A stretch of 64,000 nucleotides of DNA, from the NCBI GenBank assembly GCA_002633005.1, contig NMRA01000957.1, forward strand, positions 1 to 64,000, given 5' to 3'. This DNA is from Phoronis australis (lineage: Eukaryota > Animalia > Phoronida). The notes below the pieces were generated by a model that worked only from the letters and a program-made list of their open reading frames with translations, did not search any database and was not told where the DNA came from. Shown here one piece after another: positions 11,741 through 24,778 of the stretch (its first letter is position 1; the number at the start of each line of letters is the position of its first letter). The position numbers and the translations under genes are program-made.

Positions 11741-13913
11741 TTTTGAGAAGCCAGCAATGAACAAATCACTGCTTTACTGGCTTTAAATGCAATAAACTAA
11801 TTAAGCGGGCACCGTGGCCGTGTGAGTGCATGCCAATTCAGTGTCTGTTGACAGAAAGCTGTTGGGAAACAACAACTCGATTATATATTCTATGGTCACA
11901 TGTTAGGGGAATCTTTATTTAGATATACATATTATTCGAATCATTGTTGCTGTACAACGGTTACTTGGAAGGGTAACCTGACTTCGACGGAGCCCGACGA
12001 GCTAGTAAGTACATTTGAAGTTTCGCGGCTAATTCACCAAAATAATCACGCATTTTTTCTTTGGCTCACTAGTCTTTTCGTGACTGGAAGTTTAGTTTCC
12101 AACTTTGGGTGGCTTCTGTCCGGCCGCGATGGGCCTGATCAGGTTCCGAGCCACTGGCCAGGATAACAAGTGTTTTGTGTGTTTAGACCTGAAAAAATTG
12201 CAAGTGTAAAATTAAGCACACAGCTATGTTCTCCTGCCTGTGTTTCACGGACGAATAATTTGAATTTATCACCGAACAGACCCCAAACTCCAGCGACCGA
12301 CCTTGGTAAATTGGCCTACCGAACTATGTAGGTTACGGTACGTTCAAATACCTAAATATACGTAACAGCGAAATAAAATAACACCTTTGTTCAATAATTC
12401 GATGTATTTGTAAGTGCTTTACATCAAATTTTGATGATTTATTGGTGTAAAACGACGATTTCAAGCGATAAACTGACACCAGTAAGCGTGTTGTGAACTG
12501 CTGAAGAGACTGCACTCGAGCCTCTGACGTCATTGGTTAATTTCAACACCTTCGTCTGTCGTCAGGTGTCAGGTAAAAGAACTGTATTTGCTGTTATCGA
12601 GTGGAACTACTTGATCGAAATTGATGCAAATTGGGTTGTTTTTGGGTGGCATTCTCCTTTATGGTTTCTCAGGGCCCCAAGCTATAAAAAGTGTGAGGCC
12701 CTAATCCTCACAGTTCTCACCATTTGCCACAATTTTCGAACTGCCTCGGTGGCCACAGCTTTCGAGGGGACTTGTGGCGAAGACACGGGACCAATTATAC
12801 TTCCACTGGTCGATACGACGTTTGAGAGGCCCATGTGTCGACGAGACAGTTCCCCTATTTCGTGTGGCCACTGCATTTTTTTTTTTTTTTTTTTTTAGCT
12901 TAATGGATTCCCCGTCTCCTGGTCATCACATTTTTTACCCCTTGTGGAGATAGGCCTCTATTTTAGAGTCCCTTAAAGATGCTAGGTCTCATTAAAACCG
13001 TGAATATTTAAATTTGTAGCAATCGCCACCTTGTGACTTCCTGTAGAACTGTTTGCACAAGCATAACCAGGAAAAGAAACAATTTGTAAATAAACTGCGG
13101 TTTTAAAGAAAACACCACAACTGATACACTTAAAAACAAGTGTAAACAAATAGAAAAATCTAGTAATTCCAAATATTACGCAATCGTTAATTCGTAGTGA
13201 AATGAACAAATAATAAAAACTGTGCCTTGTTTCATTAGGGTAACGATGACATATTACCATATTCATTTACATAAAAAATAGTCTCGCAAAACGAGACTTT
13301 AGCGAGATTGTAATGATACCTGGTTCTCGGATGGCTTCCGGCACATCGGAAAACCCGGGATTTTTTGTAAATTGGAACTTCACTTGCATATACACAATTT
13401 AATGAGACATAGCATCTTTAAGGTGTAGCTTATTTAGCTTGATAGAGAATCCGGCACTGCCTGCCTTGATGGCTCATTCATGAGTGTATGTTTCTCCTAT
13501 CGGAAATTGTCCTCGTTGTTACTAAAGATTTTTTCATTGGCTGCACCCGATTCTCTTACCCGGCGTACGTTAGTTTAGTTGGGTCAACCGGTAAGGCATC
13601 TTATTGATTTGGGAGTCGGAAAGCACCATCGGTAATCTGCCAGTCAAATGTTCTGGACGACCGACTCGGTTGACCCCACTTACGCCCAGTGTTGTAGTGG
13701 GGCGTAGGCGCCCGTTGGCGCAGCCAACCACCTTTTGGCATTTGAACGTAGCGCCTACGCCCCGTAAGTTACGTTCAGTGCTCAAGGTGATATGGTGGGC
13801 CACTTGGGCTTACTTACCTGTAATTTTACCACTATACCACTGCTTACGCCGACAAGGTGAATAACGTGCAGGCACTGAAAAATTGCGGCATCTCTTTTCT
13901 GTTTCTCCAACAG

Positions 13914-14076
13914 CCATGTGTGGATCCATTGGGAACTCAATCCTGATAATTACCCTACTCAAACACCGCAAACTCCGATGTGGCGTCAACACTGTGGCTC
14001 TCAATATGGCCGCTAGCGATCTAGGAAGTGCCACCTTCATGTACCCTATAGCAGCTGCATCCAGCTTCACTAACAG
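13914..14076 (+). CDS. Go-opsin-like gene, coding exon 2 (TM1 end, ICL1, TM2)
   Basis: Polypyrimidine acceptor tctcttttctgtttctccaacag and donor AG|gtatat. Encodes MCGSIGNSILIITLLKHRKLRCGVNTVALNMAASDLGSATFMYPIAAASSFTN, with class-A GPCR GN and N-x-A-x-x-D motifs. Confidence 0.92.
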
Positions 14077-14849
14077 GTATATTAACCGTATGCACTAACA
14101 TCACCAGCCTTTTGCAATTTCAATGTCTTTTCAAATCGTTGCTAAATACTGGCAAGTACACAAAACATAAAGTTATCCTGGGAAGCTCGCATCTTTTTAA
14201 AGTATGTCAGGAATAAGCTTCTCGTTTTTCGTTGTCTAAACTGCGCTCGTTCTATACAATTTTGTCAGCTTCCGTAAGGCGTTAGCGTGTACATATCTAA
14301 AGGTATGTTTGTATATTGTACCATTTTGGGACTGACTTGAGCTATTTAGGCGACAGCGTCAAACTTAATGGCTCTGCTGATAGACACTGACGTCTTGGCA
14401 TTCGTCTCCATCGCATCTGCTCTTCATTTCAGTCAAATCGATTGTAAAGTGTTCGAGTTTGTGCACTTCAAACCACACCTGATTACCTGGTTTACTCGTT
14501 GATTGGATAATAATTCTTAGTTGGTCTTAAACTGGAATCACTCTTATTCTCAAGATTAGATGTGTGTCACAATTTGGAACATTAGCGGTACTCAACCAAA
14601 CTAGAGCTTAAGTAAAGTAAGGATTTATTTATAAGCTTTCAAATGTGAACAAATTCGGACAGATACGGTAGTTTTTCGATGCATAACGGATTTTTGTAGT
14701 AAGAATTCCCACAAATACGATTTGAGATAGCTTGAATGAACTCGGAATTACATGTTTATTCTGATACTTCCGAGTTCACATGCGACCCACCAAATAAGGC
14801 AATATCAGAATGTGACCTACATGATTTAGCCCAGTTTATATTACACATA

Positions 14850-15125
14850 CAAATGTGTTTCCTAGATACGAGTGATTTTCCAAGTATCAGTGCCTCAAAA
14901 AGTGGACCAGACTTTTTTTGAAAATTTCGATAATTGATCGTCCAAATATGGCGTGCAGTGAGGTCAGTGGCAAGTGGCCTAAGTGGAGATTAGAAATTTA
15001 ATCATCGGTGCGTAGCCTTCGTCTGTTTGGTTTTACGCAGGAGAAATTTTCTGTTAGAAAAGACGAGGCTTGGATTTAGAGGGAAACCTATTGTACAAGC
15101 TGGTATTCCTTATGTAGTAATGTAC
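14850..15125 (+). repeat. Dispersed repeat, copy B (see 480-815)
   Basis: Same shared blocks as copy A. Confidence 0.6.
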
Positions 15126-18100
15126 ATGATAACGTCAGACGGAAATTAGACTGACATACACATTGTCCAATCTACCTTTTTTCATGTTTTTTTTCTTTGT
15201 TTGCATGTCGTGTCATGTTCAGACTAACCTGAGCCACGTAATTATGAAGATACGCAATTTTGAATGTTTAGTGATGACTTCCCTTTCACCATTGTGACGC
15301 GATTTGGACCCCAAAAAATACGAATAACAATGCATAATCTCATCAAAACATTTCCAGGCTTGGATTTTCCGATTCAGGTAACCACGGGGCATTTCAGCAC
15401 TTAGAGTGTTCTCAAAAATGATGCGTCTGGTTTAAACGGAGTGCCTCGACAAGGACTGCAGCCACTGTATTCCACCGCGGAGTTGAGAACGATTTAATAT
15501 TGGCTAGATCCATAGTAGGGTAAAAATTTTCGAAATGCTTAGTAATTTTTTGTGCAACGTAAACTTGGTCTAATTATTATTTTATTTTTGTTTTTAGTAT
15601 TCGCATTTTAATTTTATTTGACTGAGTCCAAACCGCCAACATGACGTCATACTAAACAGGCGATACTTTCTGGCAGTTTGGCTTGATAGTTATTGACCTC
15701 TCAAGCACTAAGTGTAGAAATGTGTTATTTTCCTTTCAGTGCTATTGTCAAAGCTGCCATAAACTGTCAAAAACATATTTTGATTTAGATCACGCACTGT
15801 TTGAAAACTGGTCTCAAATCGTTCGTTACCCAGGTAAGAGATGATTTCTGGGCCCGGGAAGAACTTGCGCTTCGTTATTGCTTAAAGAGGCGTTGAGCGC
15901 GATAAACAGACTGAATTGTTATATTGAAAGTAGTAACCACAGAGTTTTTCAAAAATCGAGAACTTTGTGATTTTTTGGAAATTTCCTGGAAGGGGAAAAC
16001 TGAATTACTCTGTACTAGACGTTACAATATGGTACTCACGTCAGGAATTGTTTAAAAGATATTTTTGTCGAGCAACCCTAAATATGCCAACTTCACGTTG
16101 TGGGATATTTTTTCAGCCTAGCATGACCTCCTATAACGTTCTTCTCAAGCCCAGAAAACTTGTCTAATCTGAATAATAAAGACCAGGTTTACGAAGGTAA
16201 GTGGTCTAAATCAAAAGTTTAGTAATGCTGCAAAATTCTTGTAGCAGGTTTAATCAACCTAAGGTGAACTACTAAGGGACATTTTCTTTTTAGTTACTGC
16301 CAAAAACATAAATTACCGTGGATTTCCGAAAGAAAGCCCGCCCACGTCAAGGCTCTTTCGGAAACAGGTACCGTAACCCCCACCCCTCATGGGTGAGCTT
16401 TCGGGATAATTTTCAATTTCTGAAGCGTATGGAAAATCTGACGAAGTATCATGGTTTTTCAACTTGGTTCTTAAAATGACCGTCAAAACATTTTAAGTAC
16501 AATGGCTTGTCAACGAGGTCGTCAACGGACTACTCTAAAGTCACAAGCCAAACTGCTTTTAAAGTGAAACCTGTCTGATATTTTAAGTTGATGAAAGTTA
16601 ATATTTTAATAAAAACAAATCAACAATTGAACTGAGTTTAATTTCCTAATTCCAAGTACGTTACTTACTCCTTATTACACGTTTCAATCTCACAGCTCAG
16701 TCAGAGCGTTGTGGTAAGCAATTCACGTATCCGGGGGAGCCCCACCAAAGTGCCCAAAGTGCCCCTTTGGGGCTTTTTGTGGACGCAAAATCACTTCGGG
16801 AAAATGGGTTACTTCAACTACCTGTGGAAGCGATTCCGTGGCCGCGCCTCTGACTTCCAGCAAATCACCTATACCCTGGTCCCGGACCAACAAACAGCGA
16901 GCTCGCGGTAAAGTCCGCACCGCTAAACTCGACATTTGCACTGAAAATACTCCATACCCGTTGACCAAGATCATATCCTCGGATTTAACTCCAGAGTATG
17001 TCTCAAACCTTTCTAACGAATAATAGGAAATAATTTTTATCCTCAAATGGATGATTCATTTAGTGGTATAACCCAACCTCTATTACAACAACGAGTTTTT
17101 TTTTTCGTTGCATGATTTTCATTTCCGTGAGCGGGGGATGGATTACCTTTCTAAATGAACTTTGTCAAACACTAACTTCAGGAAACCATTTTTTGCAATC
17201 ATTTGATGACAAGTGGCCAAAATGTCAGCGTTATGCATTAACTGTGTGGGTATAGGCTAGAAGAGTTTCGAAAACCAAACTGTCGGTCGCATCTGTCCTA
17301 CATCGATGTCACGGATGCTAGTTCGACCATATGCTCTTGCGTGGGGGCGTCGTGAGGCGGAATATATCGGTGCACTTCTAAAGTTCTGTAAGTAACTATA
17401 TAACTCCCACTTCACCTGTGTCTCAAAATATGGTTGCGATTTACGTTTACTTCCTTTGAACTTCGTCAATGTCGTTTTATGTTATCGCATAACGATTCAC
17501 TCTCTCGAACTTTATAGCTAAATTTATCCACAAGCGTGCATCGTGACAAATAGTTATAGCTGTACAAACATGTTTTTCGGCGAAAAAATAACTTCTCATT
17601 TAGACCACTTGAAACTCTGAAATTAGTCTCAAAGTTGAGGTAATTGACAGTCGCTAAATTGGTTGTCTCTGCCCACTCGATCACGAGAAACGTACGGTCT
17701 TGGATTGTAGGGCGTCCTTGCGAATTCGAGGAGGACGACTTGCCAGTAAATCTTAAGTCAATTGTGTTAAACATTTGCACTTGCGTAGCGACTTTCTTCG
17801 GTTAAGGGACGACGAACAAGACATAACTGACACATTTCCGTGAAAAGTAGCACACACTTAAAATTAATTTCCAATGAAATTTGTTTAATGTTACATTATA
17901 TTGACTGGTCGTTTTAACCTCGGGGAAGTTTTCACTGTTTGTTTTAAAGATCCGCACATGGTTGGCGAAAATGGGGCTTTCCAAAATGGCTACCTATTTC
18001 TGAATGAAGATTTGAGAGGTACGCGGGACGTGCTGCTTAGAAGGGTGACTTTTTCACAACCAATTTCTCACCAAAATGGCTGCTTCAAAGTCTGCATAAG

Positions 18101-18562
18101 GTTCCTATTCCAACTACACACATCTACAAAAGGGTTTAAGGCAGCATTTTGCCCTGCTCAGCTGGGCAAAAAAAAACAAAAAAATAAATTGGCCCTTTAC
18201 GCTCTCGGTCCCGTAATATTCCTTCAATTGACCGTTACCAACAAGAAAAGAACACAAGTAATGCACAAATACGCAGTTTTCGAATTATGATTTTGAGGTT
18301 GCCCAATCCCAATAAACTCTGAAGCGTTTTCTTAAGTCACTGAGGTATTCGAAGTTCTTATTCGTATCGGAAATATAATCTTATCACGGTAAAGAATATC
18401 ATACGACCGATTTTAAAAGAATAAAAAGCCTGATTCGGTTATTGTTTTTAGCCAGGTAAACGGTTAAATGACGCTTTTAGATTATCTATAATTTTGAAAT
18501 TTGGAAATAACATGGAATCTCTTTATACAAATGTGTAGTTCTTAAACCGACGTGGAAATGCA

Positions 18563-18743
18563 CATCACGAACATTTTCAAGTCTGGCTAGCACGCCACCT
18601 GTGGTCCCGATGGGAATTCAGTGGCTTAGTCTGCACAGGTATTAGGAGGTCCCGGGTTCAAGTCCCGGTTGTGGCAGAAATCTTATATTCACATGATGTG
18701 GCCACGGGTGGCGTGCTGGCCAGACTTAAAAAGGCTTGCGATG
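18563..18743. mobile_element. Small foldback element: ~42-bp inverted arms around a tRNA/SINE-like B-box core
   Basis: catcacgaacattttcaagtctggctagcacgccacctgtgg pairs with ccacgggtggcgtgctggccagacttaaaaaggcttgcgatg. The loop contains ccgggttcaagtcccgg (T-arm/B-box hairpin). Confidence 0.6.
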
Positions 18744-19487
18744 GAATCTCATCTTGTACGTGTACGCTGCAAAGGCCGGCTAGTTTTGTGGAATTAGCCC
18801 CTACCAAACTAAGGGTAGTGTTTCTGGAAAAAATTACCAAAAAAGTGACTTTTTCGTCGAAGCTCCCTGCAAATGGATACTTCTTTTAGAGTCCCCTTCC
18901 AATAAGGGTGGTTATGCTAGTTTTCCAGCGTCACCCGCGTCAAAAATATAGTCGAGTACTCTCCGGGACTTGGTGATGCCATTGACAGCACAACAGATTT
19001 TAGTTGTTCAGTATCTGTATGTTATATTTTCGTTTGGGTTGCACGCATCTCCGTGGGTTTTGATAGCCGCACCGTGGGCTGCAATTACCTAAATCACTTA
19101 CAAAATGAAATCATACACCTACAGTTTACTTTTCTGAAGCTACGCAAAACAACAAAATGAGTAGTTAGTGCATACTTCTCTACTTTTGCTTTTTACTACG
19201 TCACCAGTTTATGTAAGCTAGAGTTACAGGTGTTCGTCAACCAACAACACAATGCGTGCTCAGCAGTTCAGAAAATCAATACTAGATGGCGCTAGAAAAT
19301 CCCAGTTGTGGGTGGGTATTTTTCAGTTATGTAAGCATTTCATGGTAAGCCTCCCACATCTTGTAACTTGTCAGTTGTGGCTTTTGTGCAATAAACAGCT
19401 TGTCATGACGAAAGGCATGGACTACCGGTTGTGGTTTGAATATGGTGTTCATTGTTTTCTTGTAAATAACGTTGTCTTACTTTGCAG

Positions 19488-19612
19488 TTGGGTAGCTGGA
19501 GACGTAGGATGCCACGTGTACGGCACTGTATCTTACCTCAGCTCTATCGTCAGTTTGGTTTCATTCATGAATATCGCCTGCTACAGATACGGAGTCGTTT
19601 GCACAAAACATG
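19488..19612 (+). CDS. Go-opsin-like gene, coding exon 3 (ECL1, TM3)
   Basis: Acceptor tttgcag and donor G|gtaaac; phases 2/1 fit both neighbours. Encodes WVAGDVGCHVYGTVSYLSSIVSLVSFMNIACYRYGVVCTKH, with Cys110, Tyr113 and YRY at the D/ERY position. Confidence 0.93.
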
Positions 19613-19641
19613 GTAAACCAGGTCACTAAAGTTTGCATTCT

Positions 19642-19782
19642 GGCGGATCTAGGTATCACGAGGGAGCGGCCACAATATCCAAAGGGCGGCCGTTTGCGAT
19701 AGCCCTACAATTGGTCTGTGGCTTGTATTTTTGGCTATGACTTGAGGGATGGGATGGGCCCCTCCGCTTACCTAAATCCGCC
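19642..19782. mobile_element. Decayed hAT-type MITE
   Basis: ggcggatctagg ... cctaaatccgcc inverted ends resemble the CAGTGGCGGATCTA family at 48917 and 53555. Confidence 0.45.
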
Positions 19783-20215
19783 TATATTACATAAAAACGA
19801 GTAAATGACATTCTCGCCCGCATGTTCATCGTTGCATTATGATTTACGTCATTAGCTAGCCCGTGCATTAGAGTCCAGCACGTTCAAAAAGTATAGCCTC
19901 ACCTTCAATAAGTCATCATAATTTCCACATGAATGAAGAAAAATACAACTGATAAGGAAAGGGAAGGCTTACGCCACTACAATGTGACGTCACTTTTGCA
20001 AGTTTGCAGCGTTGGCAACCACTAAAAGAAATTTGTATAATACTGCTACTGAAGTTATCATTGTGTAAATTACTTTAGGTAGTAAGTAAAGGATCATTTA
20101 AAATTAGCGGAAATTTTGATGGATTCCTGTTGCTTTACTCGATTGATTTCAAGTATTCGTCATTTTAAAGCTTTTGAGTCGGAGTTGTCCGTAATTTTGT
20201 GATGTTACGCAGGAA

Positions 20216-20700
20216 GACCTTATCGCCAAGTCTGTGTATTTAGGCAAAAAGCTATAGACCATAACTCATTAAAAGTATATATTTTACGAAAGTAGAAGCC
20301 AATCTTCTATTAGTTGGTTCACGTGACCGTGTCTTTCAGTAAAAAGGAAAGGTACTTACATAGCAAAATAACGACATCAACAACATGCGCAGATTTCGTT
20401 TGATATAAATACTCGAGACAAAATTTAAAAAGCGCTGTGACAGTTTTTTGAATTATTATGTCGTTTTAGTTTTAGGCAACCCGATTATTTTTTTTCGTGA
20501 AAATCATTAAAGTCCTATTGTTTAATACCCCTGATGCAAAACGTAAACATTCTAAAGACAAATCTTGAAAGCCTTTTGGAGACAATGGCGTAAGGCATAG
20601 TATCTGACAGTTTCATATGAATCTGATGAGCCATTTCTGAGACATGTTCCGAAGGCGACCAGATTTGGACATTTTTTGTAAAGGTCATACATAACTTTAA
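20216..20700 (+). mobile_element. ~500-bp non-autonomous DNA transposon family, copy 1 (probably Kolobok-type)
   Basis: Shared blocks aaagtatatatttt..gaaagtaga, tcacgtga, gtttcatatgaatc and ttccgaag..caraTTTGGACatttt. This copy ends acataactttaa. Confidence 0.65.
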
Positions 20701-22340
20701 TTGTGTATTTTTCACATTACAATGAATCTTGGCAAATGATACATTCAAATGTTGGAAAAAATCTAAAGTAAAGTTTAGCATGAGACCTAAAATATTTTAT
20801 TTATCAATGGTAAAAAGAAGCTGAAGTTGCTTTTTCACTATTTTATCTACAGAACGATAGAAGTAAGAAGTGTGTATAGTAAGTAGAATTCAAATGACTA
20901 CATTGTTCCAATCTGCCGTGGTATGGGTCACGTGATCATTTTCTTTTCAGCAAAATTATGCATAAAGAAAGGTACGTTCATAGCAAAACAGCGATATAAG
21001 GTTAGGAAAGGTGAAATCTCGAAAACGTCCCATCTTCCTAAATTATTTTTTCCCGTAAACTAACCTTTACAGTTTCTTTCATACCTAAAACACCTTAAAA
21101 TGGGTTCCAGTTGTGCTAACGTACTAAAAGTGTGGATATTAAGTGCGCTGGCCATTAAAGGGTTGATTTTTTATTTCCCAGCAATACACCCCTGTCAAAA
21201 ATAGTGGATTTCCTTCGGGACAGTTGAGGAAAGTACCGCCTCACTTTTCCGACGCCACGAACAACTAGCAAACTGTGTTCAAACCAAGACCTTAGGATCG
21301 AACCGTGCACATTTATCGTAAATTCACTGACTAAAGATGTATCGATGATGAATGTCATTTCATTTGTATTTTGTGTGTCTAATCTATATTTTCCCCGTGT
21401 GGCACTAGCATGAACAAATAAGTTAAATTTTAAATGTATGGAACAAACTCATATTTACCAAAAATAGAAAAGTGCATTTTTTATATTTTTGTCACTCGGG
21501 AGAACAATTATGTAGCTATTGCTATTACAACCACTGAAAAGTTTGTATACTTTTGAAAGCATCGGTCGACGGTCGTCTAGCCAGAATAACATCTATTTAT
21601 CCGTACACTACAGTACTGTAAAAATTAAAATCCTTTTTGGAAATTATTTGTAATTTTCACAATATAATGTTTTGTCAAATTAAGCTTTTGCGCTGTATTT
21701 GCTGAATGGTTTAATATTTCGTTCACGTATACTCCTAAATTTAGTGAACCTTTTTGTTATAACATGGTGTCCCAAAAATTGTACTAGCCCTTCAGTACAC
21801 CGCCAGGAGTTCAAATTCAGTTTCGCTTGACTAGACTCCGCGCCTACGATTGCTGTGTAGTTGCGCCATAAATTAACACCTCCCCTCAAAAAACTCCGAC
21901 TAAATTCCTTTTAGGTAACCACTTTTATGTATTAAATCCAGCAGTAATCTGTTTCCTAAGTAATTGTTGCAGGTGTTGTCACTTAAAATGTGAATACATT
22001 CTGGAACACCTTGTAGTTATGTGGCCCGTTTCGATGAACTGAATTAAGTTCATTTTTGACTTAAGTCAAAGATTTGTTTGAACTTCCAGACTGAAACTTC
22101 CACATCCAGTAAGGTATTCAAACTTAAGATAAAATTCAAGTCACAAAGTTATGTCAAACTTACGATCACTTTCTTGGAACGCACTTAAGACAAATTTAAG
22201 TTTTGCCTTAACATTGACTTAAATTTAACATTTTTTTCCAAAGTTAGTCAGTTTTCTTGGAATGGGTCCATGATTGACATTCTCTCAGAAACCGACGAAT
22301 GTATTGCGAAACACGAACTCGATACAATATTCTTTTGCAG

Positions 22341-22690
22341 GAGAACGACTCCGCAGGTCGAAATTTGTAGTGATTGCTAATGTGACATCGTGGGCTATTG
22401 CTTCTGTGTGGAGTATGATTCCCTTCCTCGGCTGGAGTGAATATACATATGAAACGTACGGCACAGCTTGTACCCTAAACTGGCGTGACCAGTCACCGGC
22501 TGGTATCTCCTATCTCGTTGTATCAACTGTTTTAGTAATGGGAATTCCATTATGTGTAACAGCATATTCGTATTTCAACATATTTAGAGTTATTAGGACG
22601 AAAATGGACTCTTCTAAAACACTTCACAAGAATACCAGATGTTCTAGGAAAAGGAAAAACGTGATGCGTCGAGAAGTTCATGCTGCTAAG
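22341..22690 (+). CDS. Go-opsin-like gene, coding exon 4 (TM4, ECL2, TM5, ICL3)
   Basis: Acceptor tcttttgcag and donor AAG|gtaaat. Contains PFLGWSEYTYETYGTACTLNW (Glu181 codon 22451-22453, Cys187, Thr188) and TM5 GIPLCVTAYSY. Confidence 0.95.
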
Positions 22691-24723
22691 GTAAATTGCT
22701 AATTTGTTGAGTTTACTATTTCACATTTACTTTTAAGCATTGTTTTCCTTCTATAGTCAGAGCTATTAATGGAGTGAATATCTGTTGTTTACATCCATTT
22801 CGTCATGATGGCGATCATCATAATTGTCAACGTCGGCATCTTAATTTTCGTTAGTGTTGACTCCATCCACACGGTTGCATTATTAATTGAAAATGCAATT
22901 TTTCTCGGTTTTCAAACAGTTTTTTAGGGTTGTCCAAACATAAAATTGCAAACTCGAAAACGGCGCATATACGCATTGCTTGTGATTTGAGTTGGTAACG
23001 GGAATGAAATCCCATTAGAAATACGTGCGAATGAAAAACTCTGTAGTCACCACAGAGTTTGTAATATCCCTCCCACTTATGATGAATGCACGCATATGCT
23101 CACAGCCATTCGACAAACATCTGACTGACAAGATGGATATTAACGGCAGATTATCACGTGTGATCGCACTCCGTATCTGAGGTTGACGGCACAGTATGAA
23201 GCGAGCCAGTGGAGCAACTGATTTTTAAAAAGAATTTCAAGTACATTTAAGAATATTATTTGAATTGTACGCTATCTTTATAACTAGTTTTAAACAGAGT
23301 TCACATAAAATTGCCTCTTACATGGGCGGCGCAGCACTGAAAAAAGTGGGGGGTCTAAAGCCTCCTCAGACTGAGTCCTTAAAATGGGGGTGTTGCATGA
23401 AAAGATCCGTAATTATTTCGATGATATTGACAATTCAACCAAGAGTTCACTCTCGATTTGTATCAAAGTTAAAAGTTGACTTGATAATGAAACTAAAACA
23501 ATACAAGAAAGGGCAATCGATGTTTTTACGAGTCCAAAAATACGCAGAAAATTTAGGGAATTTAGTTGAGTCCCTATTTGGAACTGTTTCATGCAACTGG
23601 GCACAGGCCTCTTTAAATTATAGTGCGTTGCTAATCACTTGCGTCAACGGTAACCATTTGAGTTCACCCCTACCAAACAGACCTCTCTCGTGGGCGTACT
23701 TCGGTGGCCGCAATTGAATATGTCTGCGGTTTGAAAAGTTTTCCAAAATAATCAGCGTCAAACAATACAAGGCTTTAGGAGAAACAGGACAGGATGTATT
23801 TTATCACGTTTTGGCTAATCTACAAAATAACTTTACCAAGAGTATCATTGATTCCATAGACTTTCTAACTACATGTTTGGGTCTTCATTTTATGTCGATG
23901 ACGTTGGCACATTTTCGGTTTATGGGGCCTGTTTACTTACATACGCCCGGGCTTATATTTCGGGTAAAGCAAATATAAAATAAAGGATGGTCAAAACTGT
24001 TACTAAATCTGATTGCACATGTTATATTTATTTAGTTTTCAGTTTTTAAAAATATGTCACAGAAGCATGACATATTTGTTTCATTTTCACATTCCACTAT
24101 TTTGTCTCTGTTTCTGAATACAATCGATTAAGATTATCACTTATCCAGTAGCAAAATATGCTACTGGAAAGTATGCTTCTTTTCTGGACTTACTTGAGAA
24201 TTTTTAAAAAGCAATGTTTCTTTGACCACTGTCGACTTTTTCAAGCTTCTATGACACCTTGACCCGAGGTCTTGTCTTTGTATTCGAAACTATTTTTGCC
24301 ATTTTCCGTTCTACTTTCAATTTGTGCGATCTCAAGATAAGTCTCTGTAATTCTGTGCTCGAGTGCATACATAGAGGAGCTTCTGGTCCAAATTCGGTCT
24401 TGATGATTTCTAGATTCGAGCTATAAACTTGAATAAAAAAATCGAGATTTCGAGTTCTGACTCGAACTTAAAGCTTTAATTCTGGCTGGGTCATCGAGTA
24501 CAAACTAGGCCATCCTTGTATAGGGGAAATGCTAATAATTTCGAGTTCAATTTCCAGTAGTAAAATCAGCTGTGCTTCGTTATTTTATTACAAGTCGCCG
24601 ATTCCTAGTAAAGGCTACCAGTCAAACTGATCTGAAACTGAGGTGGCGACCTCATGAGTTGTGAAAATGGCCGATGCGGGCAGATAGTAGTGCTGATCAA
24701 AGCCGCTATGAAAAAAGCCAAGG

Positions 24724-24725
<2 letters not shown>

Positions 24726-24777
<52 letters not shown>
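24726..24777. repeat. (GT)n microsatellite, about 26 units
   Basis: Perfect GT run read directly from the sequence. Confidence 0.98.

Positions 24778-24778
<1 letters not shown>

Larger units (their letters stand above)
7435..12658. mobile_element. Kolobok DNA transposon deletion derivative, interrupted by an Academ element
   Basis: Perfect 15-bp TIRs AGGAGAATGCCACCC / GGGTGGCATTCTCCT, flanked by TTAA (7431-7434) and TTAT. Subterminal inverted similarity (gaaggtgt..gaaa...gacgtcag.ggyt). Contains THAP and KolX-like remnants. Confidence 0.85.

Noticed and set aside
13604-13913. ORF 13604-13864 as opsin exon 1 via a 57-nt phase-1 intron (CAAG|gtgaat)
   Set aside because: It would place LRRQ in the middle of TM1, the intron is very short, and there is no in-frame ATG.
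18620-18680. Functional tRNA gene
   Set aside because: Only the T-arm/B-box is recognisable; there is no acceptor stem or intact D-arm.
23265-23717. 150-aa ORF in an opsin intron
   Set aside because: Non-ATG start, no recognisable domain, and it overlaps MITE-like fragments.
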